From the NCBI GenBank assembly GCA_038214755.1, contig JBBQRQ010000070.1, positions 1-26,510 of the forward strand: 26,510 nt of DNA, read 5' to 3'. Under the pieces are notes generated by a model that saw nothing but the letters and a program-made list of their open reading frames with translations, did not search any database and was not told the DNA's origin. This DNA comes from Verrucomicrobiota bacterium (GTDB lineage Bacteria; Verrucomicrobiota; Verrucomicrobiia; Limisphaerales; CANJXF01). This document shows, piece by piece, positions 1 to 8,578 of the stretch. The first letter of the stretch is position 1. Every line of letters begins with the position of its first letter. A program made the position numbers and the translations under genes.

Positions 1-84
1 GAGGGCCACCGCACTCCAAGACGCTCACGCGAATTTCGAGGAGGCCTAAACAGCACGATAGCGTCTTGGAGTGCGGTGGCCCTC
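1..84. repeat. REP-like palindromic repeat (25-bp perfect inverted repeat, may extend past the window start)
   Basis: gagggccaccgcactccaagacgct (1-25) is the exact reverse complement of agcgtcttggagtgcggtggccctc (60-84); 34-bp spacer. Confidence 0.85.
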
Positions 85-162
85 CACCGCTTTTGCCCGC
101 GTCACCAAGTAATAGCAGCGAACAAATAATGCAGGTCATTCCACTGAAAACGTCGAGGAGCC

Positions 163-458
163 TTGTCCGAATTTGAAAACATGTATGTTTCCAGCCGCAC
201 GCGTTCGTGTTCTGCGGGCCCTCCCGAAAGCGCGCTCAATCCCGAACCGTACGCCTACGAAAGCGCTTTCGCGGTGAAATGGATGATCGAACGACAAATC
301 AACGGCGCGGCGGATTTGAATTTCGATCTGGCAAAAGGCGATGTGGTCGCACCGTGCCTTTCGTGGGGGACCCTATCTTTGGGCAGATGGAACGGTCGGG
401 CGTTCCGATGGATTTGTCCGGCGATGCAACGACTTGGAAAACGATTTCACGCATCCTA
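163..458 (+). pseudogene. Frameshifted fragment of a conserved hypothetical protein (possibly SGNH-like), truncated at both ends
   Basis: Reads YVSSR...LNPEPYAYESAFAVKWMIERQI.G...APCLSW, then after a shift at the G run near 365-369 GPYLWADG...RSDGF...DFTHP; stops at the putative IS end; the DxxHP motif resembles SGNH block V. Confidence 0.6.
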
Positions 459-760
459 ACCCGACTTGGCGGATTCGACCTTGGGTTGAACTTTTTTCAT
501 GACGCAAGTGGTTGATTTGCTGGCAAGGCAGGTCTGCGAAAGGGGCAAAAGTGGCTGTAGTGAAGACCTACTCTATTCCCCTCTCCAAAAAGTGTGCATA
601 CTCCTCAGCCATTATGTTTTTGCGCTCCACCAAGCGAAAGAAAAAGGAACATCGCTATTACAGTCTGGTCGAAAACAAACGCCTGAACGGCGGACGGATC
701 GTACAACGGCACGCCCTTTACCTGGGTGAGATCAACGACACTCAGCGGCCCGCGCGTATT
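456..760 (+). mobile_element. IS1634-family remnant: putative left end plus truncated transposase N-terminus (ATG at 614)
   Basis: 614 onward encodes MFLRSTKRKKKEHRYYSLVENKRLNGGRIVQRHALYLGEINDTQ, the characteristic IS1634 transposase N-terminus; similarity ends after ~47 aa, with no DDE domain; ctaacccgacttggcgg at 456 coincides with the truncation point of the upstream relic. Confidence 0.75.
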
Positions 761-836
761 GCTCGTTCCAAACTTTCACGTCTTGTAATTCCTGGCGTTC
801 AGCGGGAAATTGTTTTTGTCGAATTTGAATTTGTCG

Positions 837-3254
837 ATGCGCTCGTCCAACCAAAAACCTGATTCCGCGGATTGTCTCGTCCATTCCGTGGCCGCTGCTT
901 TGGCCGCCGAACCGTCGCTCGAAGCCGTCACGATTCATCGCTCGGGGGATTCTGTCTCCGTCGCGACGCTCGGCAAAATGCACGATCCCGCCCTCGAAGA
1001 TCGCGTCGTTGAAACCGTTCGACGCGCCCGGAAAATTTCGGACGACAATCACTGCGGCCTCCTCGAAGGAAAATCCGACTGCGCCGTTTGCACGATTCCT
1101 TTCGCTCCATTTGAAAGGCAGAGCATCACCATCAAACGCGACTCCGAGAAAACCACCATCGCGCGAGTGACTTGTCCGACCGCCCCGCAATTCTGGCATT
1201 GGCGCAAAATCTCTCTGCCAAAACTCGGGCCGCGCGAACTGGAAATTCCAGCGGATGAAAAGCATCTCAACGAATGGAAATGGCAACTGCTGGCGGCTGC
1301 TCTCTGCGGCGCATTTGCCATCGCGGCGGCTCTCATCGGAAAAAATAATTTTGGTTTGGGATTTTACATCGTGGCTTATCTCGCCGGAGCGTGGTTCGCG
1401 GCCGTTGAAGTTTTCGAACTGCTGCAAAAGCAAAAACTCGACGTCCATTTTCTCATGCTGGCCGTGGCGGCGGGCAGCGCCAGCATCGGCGCGTGGGGCG
1501 AAGGTGCGACGCTTCTTTTTCTCTTTTCGTTGTCAGGCGCGCTCGAACATTACGCGATGGGTCGTACGCAAAAAGAGATACGCTCACTCTTCAAAGCTTC
1601 GCCCAAAACGGCGATCCTCCTCGATGAACTCGGACGCGAACGCGAAATCGCCGTCGAAGATTTGCGCGTCGGAATGCGGCTGCTGATCAAACCCGATTCA
1701 CAATTCCCGGTGGACGCAGAAATCGTCAAAGGCAAAACCGCCAGTGACGAATCCAATCTCACCGGCGAAAGCATTCCGGTCGAAAAAAGTATTGGCGACA
1801 CCGTGCTCGCCGGAACGTTGAATCTTTCCGGTGTTGTCGAAGTGACGGTTTTGCGCGCAGCCAGCGAAAGCGCACTGCAAAAAATTATCCATCTCATCAA
1901 AGAGGCGCAGCACCTTAAAGCGCCCGCGCAAAGATTCACCGACAAATTCGGCACGACTTACACTTACGGAATTCTGGGTTTGTCGCTCATTATGTTTTTT
2001 GTCTGGTGGCTCGCGTTCGGATTTCCCGCCTTCGCCGCAAAAGGCCTGGGGCAAAGCGCGTTTTATCGGGCGATGACTTTACTCGTGGTTGCGTCGCCGT
2101 GCGCGTTGGTGCTCTCCATTCCATCGGCGGTTTTGGCGGCGATTGCCTGGAGCGCGCGACGGGGGATTCTTTTTCGGGGCGGAGCGGCCGTGGAAAAATT
2201 GGCGGAAATTCAAGTCGTCGCTCTCGACAAAACGGGCACGCTGACCACCGGCGAACTCCGGGTGGCGAGCGTTGAAAGTTTTCCGCCCGGCCACGAAAAA
2301 GAAATCCTTCAACTCGCCTATTCCCTCGAACGCTTCTCCAAACATCCGCTGGCCCGCGCCATCACCCGACACGCCAAACAAAATCAAATCATCCCGATGG
2401 AGATCGAGCATCTTGACGCTGTGTCGGGATTCGGGTTACGCGCCACGGTGGGTGATAAAAACGTTTTGCTCGGGCGACGCGAGTGGCTTGGCGAAAAAAT
2501 TTCCGGCTTAACGGCTCATCATGAATCCGCCCGTAGCCGCCGACGTGAGGAGGCGGACTTGGGCCAGGCATGCGAGTCTCCGCCTCCTCACGTCGGCGGC
2601 TACGCTTTATGCGCGAAAAAATTTTCGGAGGAATCTCTTCCCGCAACGGATCTTTCGCAATCCGAAGTCTGGTTGAGCGCCGGAGATTTGTGCGGAAGAA
2701 TTTTGTTGCGCGACGACATTCGCTCGCAAGCCAAAGACGTGCTGGCAAAAATTCGCCAAGCCGGGTTGAAAACCATCGTCTTGACCGGCGACCGCCAGGC
2801 CACCGCCAATTATTTGAAAACGAAATTGGACTTGGACGACGTGCGCGCCGAACTCAAGCCCGAACAAAAAGTCGAAATCATTCGTTCGCTCACTCTGGAA
2901 AATAAAAAAGTCGCAATGATCGGCGACGGAGTGAATGACGCGCCGAGCCTGGCCGCTGCACACGTCGGCGTGGCGATGGGCGCACGCGGTTCGGACGCGG
3001 CGCTGGAACAAGCGGAAGTCGTTTTGATAAATGATCGGCTGGAAAATTTTTGGCTGGCCTACCAATTGAGCCAGCGCGCGCGAAAAATCATCCGGCAAAA
3101 TTTAGTAATCTCCCTGGGCACAGTCGCGACGCTGGTGGGCTTCGCCATGTTCGGCGCGATTCCCTTAACCATCGGCGTCATCGGCCACGAAGGCAGCACG
3201 GTCGTGGTGGTGTTGAATAGTTTGAGATTGTTGTTTGGAAAAAATGAGCAATGA
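837..3254 (+). CDS. Heavy-metal-translocating P-type ATPase, P1B-4 subtype (Co/Zn/Cd/Fe-type exporter)
   Basis: TGES actuator motif, SPC in the metal-binding helix, DKTGTLT phosphorylation site, HP motif, GDGVNDAP, and HEGST in the last helix (SPC plus HEG[S/G]T is the P1B-4 signature). ATG 837 preferred over TTG 810. Confidence 0.95.
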   Translation: MRSSNQKPDSADCLVHSVAAALAAEPSLEAVTIHRSGDSVSVATLGKMHDPALEDRVVETVRRARKISDDNHCGLLEGKSDCAVCTIPFAPFERQSITIKRDSEKTTIARVTCPTAPQFWHWRKISLPKLGPRELEIPADEKHLNEWKWQLLAAALCGAFAIAAALIGKNNFGLGFYIVAYLAGAWFAAVEVFELLQKQKLDVHFLMLAVAAGSASIGAWGEGATLLFLFSLSGALEHYAMGRTQKEIRSLFKASPKTAILLDELGREREIAVEDLRVGMRLLIKPDSQFPVDAEIVKGKTASDESNLTGESIPVEKSIGDTVLAGTLNLSGVVEVTVLRAASESALQKIIHLIKEAQHLKAPAQRFTDKFGTTYTYGILGLSLIMFFVWWLAFGFPAFAAKGLGQSAFYRAMTLLVVASPCALVLSIPSAVLAAIAWSARRGILFRGGAAVEKLAEIQVVALDKTGTLTTGELRVASVESFPPGHEKEILQLAYSLERFSKHPLARAITRHAKQNQIIPMEIEHLDAVSGFGLRATVGDKNVLLGRREWLGEKISGLTAHHESARSRRREEADLGQACESPPPHVGGYALCAKKFSEESLPATDLSQSEVWLSAGDLCGRILLRDDIRSQAKDVLAKIRQAGLKTIVLTGDRQATANYLKTKLDLDDVRAELKPEQKVEIIRSLTLENKKVAMIGDGVNDAPSLAAAHVGVAMGARGSDAALEQAEVVLINDRLENFWLAYQLSQRARKIIRQNLVISLGTVATLVGFAMFGAIPLTIGVIGHEGSTVVVVLNSLRLLFGKNEQ
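2532..2604. repeat. GTAG-type REP-like palindrome inserted in frame in the ATPase
   Basis: 26-bp perfect inverted repeat cgtagccgccgacgtgaggaggcgga (2532-2557) / tccgcctcctcacgtcggcggctacg (2579-2604); translated as RSRRREEADLGQACESPPPHVGGY. Confidence 0.9.
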
Positions 3255-3365
3255 AACTTCGCCGTTAATTTGAGCTTGGGGAAGATGGAAAAGGCTTCCG
3301 CTCAATCAAACAGGGAACCCACCTCAATGGCGAGTTCCCGATTAAAGAAGGTTCGATGTCCGAGA

Positions 3366-4133
3366 TTACTTAATCCTTATGTGGTAAATGACCTGATAAT
3401 CCACGCCATAAGCGGGGTTGGTTACGCGGACCCGAATCGTGTGCTGGCCACGGTCAAGCGGCTCCAGCAGCAGCCAGTAACCATCGGCTACATGGGGAGC
3501 GAATGTTCCAGCCGGAAATCCCAACGCCGCCCCTTGCGGGAAGGTGACACTAAAGGTGCCCGGAGACACCGCGCGATAGTTGCGGATGTGCTTGACCGAT
3601 TTGCCGTCAATAGACACCTCCACTGTTTGCGCAGAGGTTGTCGCGGCGGCAGCGGCGGCGCGCAAGGTGGGCACGTCGCACGGGACGCCAGGAGCGGAGG
3701 GATCGCAATCGAAAACGCTCGCCCCAAAGATCCAATTGTGGACGGGCATGAAGATGGCCTTTCCTCGTGGGATTGTCACTGTGCGTTGCACTGAGTCTCC
3801 AAAGGTGCCGGCCAGAAACCAAATTGGACCTCGTTGCCCGACACTGGCGAACTGTCCGGTGGTATCGAGCACGGGGTTCTGCGCTGCGGGAATGCCCAAC
3901 GCCCATTGCCACCACGCAACAGTCAATTCGCCGTAAGTTGTGCCGCGATAATGCTCGTCTGGGCGAACGATCTCTGGCCCGTTGTCCGAGTCACGATCAT
4001 CGCCGTGCCGCGAATCGTGGCGATCGTTGTCCGCGTGGAGTGGCGCAGTGCCCGACATGAAGAGTGCGCCGGCCATGAGCAGCGCGGGCATGAGTCCCTT
4101 CGCCGCCAATTTCTGATTTTGTTTTGTTGTCAT
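3366..4133 (-). CDS. Secreted conserved hypothetical protein (WWQWA...WFLAG family), 255 aa
   Basis: Signal peptide ending ...APLHA|D, D/H/R-rich linker, conserved YGELTVAWWQWAL...DTTG...GPIWFLAG...ADGYWLLLEPL..G.HTI; SD-like gaaagga. Confidence 0.85.
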   Translation of the reverse strand: MTTKQNQKLAAKGLMPALLMAGALFMSGTAPLHADNDRHDSRHGDDRDSDNGPEIVRPDEHYRGTTYGELTVAWWQWALGIPAAQNPVLDTTGQFASVGQRGPIWFLAGTFGDSVQRTVTIPRGKAIFMPVHNWIFGASVFDCDPSAPGVPCDVPTLRAAAAAATTSAQTVEVSIDGKSVKHIRNYRAVSPGTFSVTFPQGAALGFPAGTFAPHVADGYWLLLEPLDRGQHTIRVRVTNPAYGVDYQVIYHIRIK

Positions 4134-4345
4134 AGTTCCTTTCGTTTCAGGCGCGTTATGCCTGGATTGGTTTATGTTGTCCTTTGTTTTTTAAGAACCG
4201 AATCTGCTTTCAGGGCGAGTGTCGGACTTAAAATCTTTTGAGTTGCGTCCCAGAGTGCCCCATTCAATCCCTTCTCTATTTATTGCTCGGTCAGTTCGCG
4301 CCTGAGCTGGTTTGTTTTTGCGTCAGCTGCGTTTCAAACCGGCTC

Positions 4346-4813
4346 TCACGGATTCTTCAAGCGATAGAAGCGGTTGCCATTCGGCGGATTGACAATGATG
4401 TATTTGATGGTGCCGTTGTCGGTGACAGTTTCCGTAGGAGTGACCCAGTTGGTCGTGGACAGGTCGGTGTTCACTTGTAGGTTGTAACCTGTGGAAGGCG
4501 ATGACCAATAGATCATCACGGTGTTTGTGGTAGTGAGCTTGATACCCAACACTGGATCGCCTGGAGTTTGCACGGCATAGAGCGACCAGAAGCCGCCGGT
4601 GAGCGAGTAGTTACCGCCGGTCATCGGCCCGCCCGCATCGTGCTGGCCGATGGTGCCGCTTACGGAATAGACTCCGCCCGTGCTCGTGCCGCCGCCACTG
4701 TCAATCGTACTCCAACTCAGATCGTAAGGGCCGCCGCTCTGGGCAAATGCTGCTGAACTAAGGCCGAAGGCTGCGAACAAGACAGATGACATTTTCAGAA
4801 TATGGTTTTTCAT
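4346..4813 (-). CDS. Small secreted Gly-rich protein (WSTIDxGGG...SGTIGQxDAG...TGGFW) with a C-terminal ...TNW...FYRL domain, 155 aa
   Basis: Signal peptide ...SAAFA|Q; N-terminal motif of a family I recognise as usually neighbouring FxYQGRL fibre genes; SD-like aaaagga. Confidence 0.85.
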   Translation of the reverse strand: MKNHILKMSSVLFAAFGLSSAAFAQSGGPYDLSWSTIDSGGGTSTGGVYSVSGTIGQHDAGGPMTGGNYSLTGGFWSLYAVQTPGDPVLGIKLTTTNTVMIYWSSPSTGYNLQVNTDLSTTNWVTPTETVTDNGTIKYIIVNPPNGNRFYRLKNP

Positions 4814-4826
4814 AGTTTTTTCCTTT

Positions 4827-5882
4827 TCAAGGTTTGCCGATTGTAACGCTCCCGCGTGTTGCCCTGAGCGTCACCCGCTTGTAGATAGTTGGTTGCTCGT
4901 TGTAGTTGCCGGGTCGGATGAGCACAATGTCGCCTGGAGCGGCGGCATTGATACCGCTGGCAACGCTTAACAGCGGACCGCCGAAACCGAAGCTCGTGCA
5001 ACCACTGCCGCCCGCCGGTTGCAGGCAGCCGTTCTGCCGATCCACGAACCAGGTACGTCCCGTCGCCACGTTGAACCGCTGACCTGAATCATTGGAAGCG
5101 TCTGTCATTGCATCAAGCTGGTCATCCGTAAATAGGCGGCCAGGGCTATGGTAGGACATGATGTTAAGCCAGGTATTCAGGACAAGTTTTTGCTGAAACG
5201 GTTGAAGGCTCGGGTAAGGCATCCCATAATTAGCAATAGCGACTTGATTGCTGCTGTTCGTGTAGCATTGATGGTCAAGGATCGTGTCCTGTATCCGGCC
5301 CGAGTCTCCTTGAGCTGGAATCCAAACCGCGCATGAGCAGTTGTTGGTCGAGCAGGTGCTCCCGTCCTGGTTTTGATAAAGTTCACCTTGGTGCGTGTGC
5401 TGCAAACTGAAAAAATGTCCCGCCTCGTGGATAATGACGTCGGAAAAGGAATTTTGCGCTACCAAAATAATGTTCTGGCCGGTGTTAGGAAACGAGCAAA
5501 GCCCGCCAGAATTGGTGCCACTTGTGCCGCAGATGTAAACATTGATCGCGTCCGTGCGCCAAAAGTAAGTAGTTGGGTTCGCAGGAGCCGTTGCTTCCAG
5601 GGCGCTTTTATTGTTCTTAGCGAAGTCGTAGTTAAACCATTGTGAAATTCCCGGCACCAGCACCACTTCGTCCAGCCGTAGCCGGTAGCCGCGCCCCAAG
5701 CGATCAAGGTTTTGGTTGATGGTTACTAATTGGTTTGTCACGATCGCAGGCGAATTGATCCTGCCGGAGGCCGGCAAGTTTCCGTTTGAATCGAGAATGA
5801 ACTTCACGGAAAGCCTCCATTCCAGTTGCGCAAACGCCAGTGTCGGGGCGAGCAATGTGGCCATGAGGAGAAACTTCTTCAT
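4827..5882 (-). CDS. Secreted zinc metallopeptidase (metzincin, M43/pappalysin-like), 351 aa
   Basis: Signal peptide MKKFLLMATLLAPTLAFA|Q; INVY motif, HEAGHFFSLQHTH zinc motif, Met-turn NIMSY, FTxDQ..M; AGGAGG SD. Confidence 0.85.
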   Translation of the reverse strand: MKKFLLMATLLAPTLAFAQLEWRLSVKFILDSNGNLPASGRINSPAIVTNQLVTINQNLDRLGRGYRLRLDEVVLVPGISQWFNYDFAKNNKSALEATAPANPTTYFWRTDAINVYICGTSGTNSGGLCSFPNTGQNIILVAQNSFSDVIIHEAGHFFSLQHTHQGELYQNQDGSTCSTNNCSCAVWIPAQGDSGRIQDTILDHQCYTNSSNQVAIANYGMPYPSLQPFQQKLVLNTWLNIMSYHSPGRLFTDDQLDAMTDASNDSGQRFNVATGRTWFVDRQNGCLQPAGGSGCTSFGFGGPLLSVASGINAAAPGDIVLIRPGNYNEQPTIYKRVTLRATRGSVTIGKP

Positions 5883-5931
5883 ACCGAGCCTCCTATTATT
5901 GCAAGGTTGTTCATAATACGCGTGTTTACGC

Positions 5932-8535
5932 TTACCGAATGGTTGCCGGACCGCCTTGGCTCTCGAGCCGAATGTATTTGTTCATAGTTATTGGCCCTTC
6001 TGAGTAGGTACCGGTGAAAATTAGAATTCTGTTGCAGCTTTGGGCAGCGTTGTATGCGGCCCGCACCGTCAGGAAGGGACCGGTGGGGCCGACTTTAAGA
6101 ACGTTGCCGTCCAGAAAACAGTCATTCGGAAATATTGCTCGGCCGGTGTTCGGCATCGTCCAAGCGCCCCGACCATATGTTCCAGCCACAAGAACATCGT
6201 CCTGCCTGTAATAGTGCAAATCCGTGACTATGACGTTCGGGAGATTGTCTCCGAGTCGCTCCCAGACGGCAGTTGTGCCAGCAGCACTCGGGTTGCGCAG
6301 GACGAACACCCCTCCGAAGCCGCCCACGAGCAAGGCCTGCTCATCGGGACGTGCTGTGGGCGAAAATACCTCGATAACACGCGGATCAGTGCTAAGACTG
6401 CCCAAATTCCCCGTCAGATTGATCCATCCGCCGATTGTCGAGCCAGCGTCTGTTGTGCGCCAAAGTCGGCCTTGGTTGTCCACCACATAAAGCCGATGCC
6501 AGTCGTTAGGATCCATGACCATGCTATACGGATTGGAACCGCCGGCGTTTTGGTAAGAGTCAAGCGGAGCAGGATAACCAGTGCCGCTGCTGCGCAACCA
6601 GAGTAAATGCCCGCCCGCATTTCCAACCGTGCCAACATAAAAAATGTCGGCATTTTGCGGATGTCCGTAGGCATAGGATCTCACCTTCCCGACAGGATTG
6701 ATGGGGATCGGTTGTCCCAGTCTATTCTGGCCGATGCCACCGAGGGACTCGAAGTGGTCGCCGCGATCAGAGGACTCATAAAGATAATCGGTGCCAATCA
6801 ACAACCGCCTGCCATCTACGGCGTTTAACCTCCAAGGCTGAATGAAATCAATGGTGCCAAGGTCGTTATCGTCATCTGGAGTGAGCGCTCCTTCGACGAA
6901 GTTGTTGCCGCTGTACTGGTTGGGGCCGACACGAATCAGCAATTGGACCGGTTGTTCGGTAAATGCTGTAGGACTGGTGTACGTGCGGCGGATAAACTCA
7001 AACAAGGATTGCTGCGAACTGTAATGAATTGAAGCGCCTGGTGTACTGGTGTTGTCCACTCCTACCTGGATACCGTCTCTGGAAAAGCGTTCATTCGCGC
7101 CCCACGCAATGGATCCCGGCACGGTTTGATGCGGGATCGAGTTGTCCCAGCATGCCCCGAAGAGAACGTTATTGAGGGTGTCGTAGCCCACTGATAGAAA
7201 CTCTGTTACTCGCAGGTTGCCGATGGCGGACTCCCACCGGGGCGAGAGCGAAGAAGGATTGCGCAGGCGATAAACGCCACCGTCATCAGCCTCGAACATT
7301 ACCGTGCCGTCTGCGCTGAAGACCCAGTCACGGATATCGGTGTGGGGTCCGGTGCCGCCCGCATTTGGGCCGTCCACCTTGTACCACTGCCCGCCCCCGG
7401 CAATGATGCCGTTACCTCGCCAATGGTTTGGAGTGCCGCTGTCACTCGCCGAGAAGACAATGGTGGCGTTGGCCGGACTGACTACTATGGGCCCTGCAAA
7501 ATGCGAGCCATCCGGTGGCTGTTCCATGATTGTCCATGTCGCGCCATTGTCGGTGGATCTGAAGATCCCGATGCCGCTGACCGATGCAAACAACCAACGC
7601 CGTCCGATGCCATCGACTCCAGGACTGATAGCTAGGCGGATGTTGAAATAGCCACCAGGCGTCACACCCGTCAACCCGCGCGTGATGTCGGTCCAGCGTT
7701 GCCCGCCGTCGTCGCTACGATGCACGCCGTTGGCAAGCGCGCAGTAGATGCGCTGCGGATTTCCCGGATCGCTCACGAGGTCGAAGGCATCGATAGGAGC
7801 CGCTGGCAATTCAAGTTCACCCGGCTCATCGATTAATCCATTGTCATCGTTGTCAATTCCATCATGAGAACCATCAGCACCACACAGTTGCGCCCAACTC
7901 TGGCCGCCGTCGGCACTGCGCCAGATGCCCGCCCGTGAATTGTAGAACCACGTCGAGACAATGATGACCGGGCCGTTGGGGGTGTTGATCGCCGTAGGCA
8001 AGATGCGCGTGACCCCCTGCCCGGAAAAAACATTCCGAGCCAGTTCGGTCCATGTGTTTCCGCCGTCTGTCGTCTTCAGTAAGCCCAGCAGCGGTCCGTG
8101 GTTCGACCCGTTGGGCGGCCCGCCGTGACTGCCCTGTCCAAAACCGGCGAACAATGTGTTGCGACTCTGATCAAGCGGGCTAAACGCAATCGCGCCCATG
8201 GAAAGCGACGGAAGGTGGTCGGTTAGCGGTATCCATGTGGGGTTGGCGGCGGCCGCGTTGTCACTGCGCCAGATTCCACCATTAACGGCGGCGACGAAGA
8301 CGCGGTTGGCATTTACAGGATCGGCGGCGATGGCTTCGATGGCACCGGAGACCTGGGTATACCCACAGCAGTTGAGTACCGTAGCCGGCCCTGGCCCTTG
8401 CTCGACCCAAATCGGTTGTCCGTTTGAAGTGATGCTGGTGCCCAACAGTACGGTCAGCGAAGTCGCAAGCCAGGAACATTGAAGACATGAGTCCATCCAG
8501 TGTATGGCCGAAGTCCTTTGAATTATGGATTTCAT
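5932..8535 (-). CDS. Secreted Asp-box/BNR-repeat beta-propeller protein (GH74/sortilin-like), ~867 aa
   Basis: Repeated S/TxDxGxxW boxes (KTTDGGNTW, RSADGGQSW, RSDDGGQRW, RSTDNGATW, ESSDRGDHF), PHTDIR, DDGGVY, GTYGRGAW; ATG at 8535 preferred over TTG at 8565. Confidence 0.85.
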   Translation of the reverse strand: MKSIIQRTSAIHWMDSCLQCSWLATSLTVLLGTSITSNGQPIWVEQGPGPATVLNCCGYTQVSGAIEAIAADPVNANRVFVAAVNGGIWRSDNAAAANPTWIPLTDHLPSLSMGAIAFSPLDQSRNTLFAGFGQGSHGGPPNGSNHGPLLGLLKTTDGGNTWTELARNVFSGQGVTRILPTAINTPNGPVIIVSTWFYNSRAGIWRSADGGQSWAQLCGADGSHDGIDNDDNGLIDEPGELELPAAPIDAFDLVSDPGNPQRIYCALANGVHRSDDGGQRWTDITRGLTGVTPGGYFNIRLAISPGVDGIGRRWLFASVSGIGIFRSTDNGATWTIMEQPPDGSHFAGPIVVSPANATIVFSASDSGTPNHWRGNGIIAGGGQWYKVDGPNAGGTGPHTDIRDWVFSADGTVMFEADDGGVYRLRNPSSLSPRWESAIGNLRVTEFLSVGYDTLNNVLFGACWDNSIPHQTVPGSIAWGANERFSRDGIQVGVDNTSTPGASIHYSSQQSLFEFIRRTYTSPTAFTEQPVQLLIRVGPNQYSGNNFVEGALTPDDDNDLGTIDFIQPWRLNAVDGRRLLIGTDYLYESSDRGDHFESLGGIGQNRLGQPIPINPVGKVRSYAYGHPQNADIFYVGTVGNAGGHLLWLRSSGTGYPAPLDSYQNAGGSNPYSMVMDPNDWHRLYVVDNQGRLWRTTDAGSTIGGWINLTGNLGSLSTDPRVIEVFSPTARPDEQALLVGGFGGVFVLRNPSAAGTTAVWERLGDNLPNVIVTDLHYYRQDDVLVAGTYGRGAWTMPNTGRAIFPNDCFLDGNVLKVGPTGPFLTVRAAYNAAQSCNRILIFTGTYSEGPITMNKYIRLESQGGPATIR

Positions 8536-8578
8536 AGAATTGCTTTCATGGAAATGCGCAAACAATTCAGACGCTGAG

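Noticed and set aside
512..862. Intact 116-aa gene
   Set aside because: Only the central ~47 aa resemble a transposase N-terminus; the rest is run-in and run-out sequence
732..3794. ORFs 732-1448(-), 2607-3098(-), 3270-3794(+) and similar
   Set aside because: They overlap well-supported genes on the opposite strand and have no recognisable motifs
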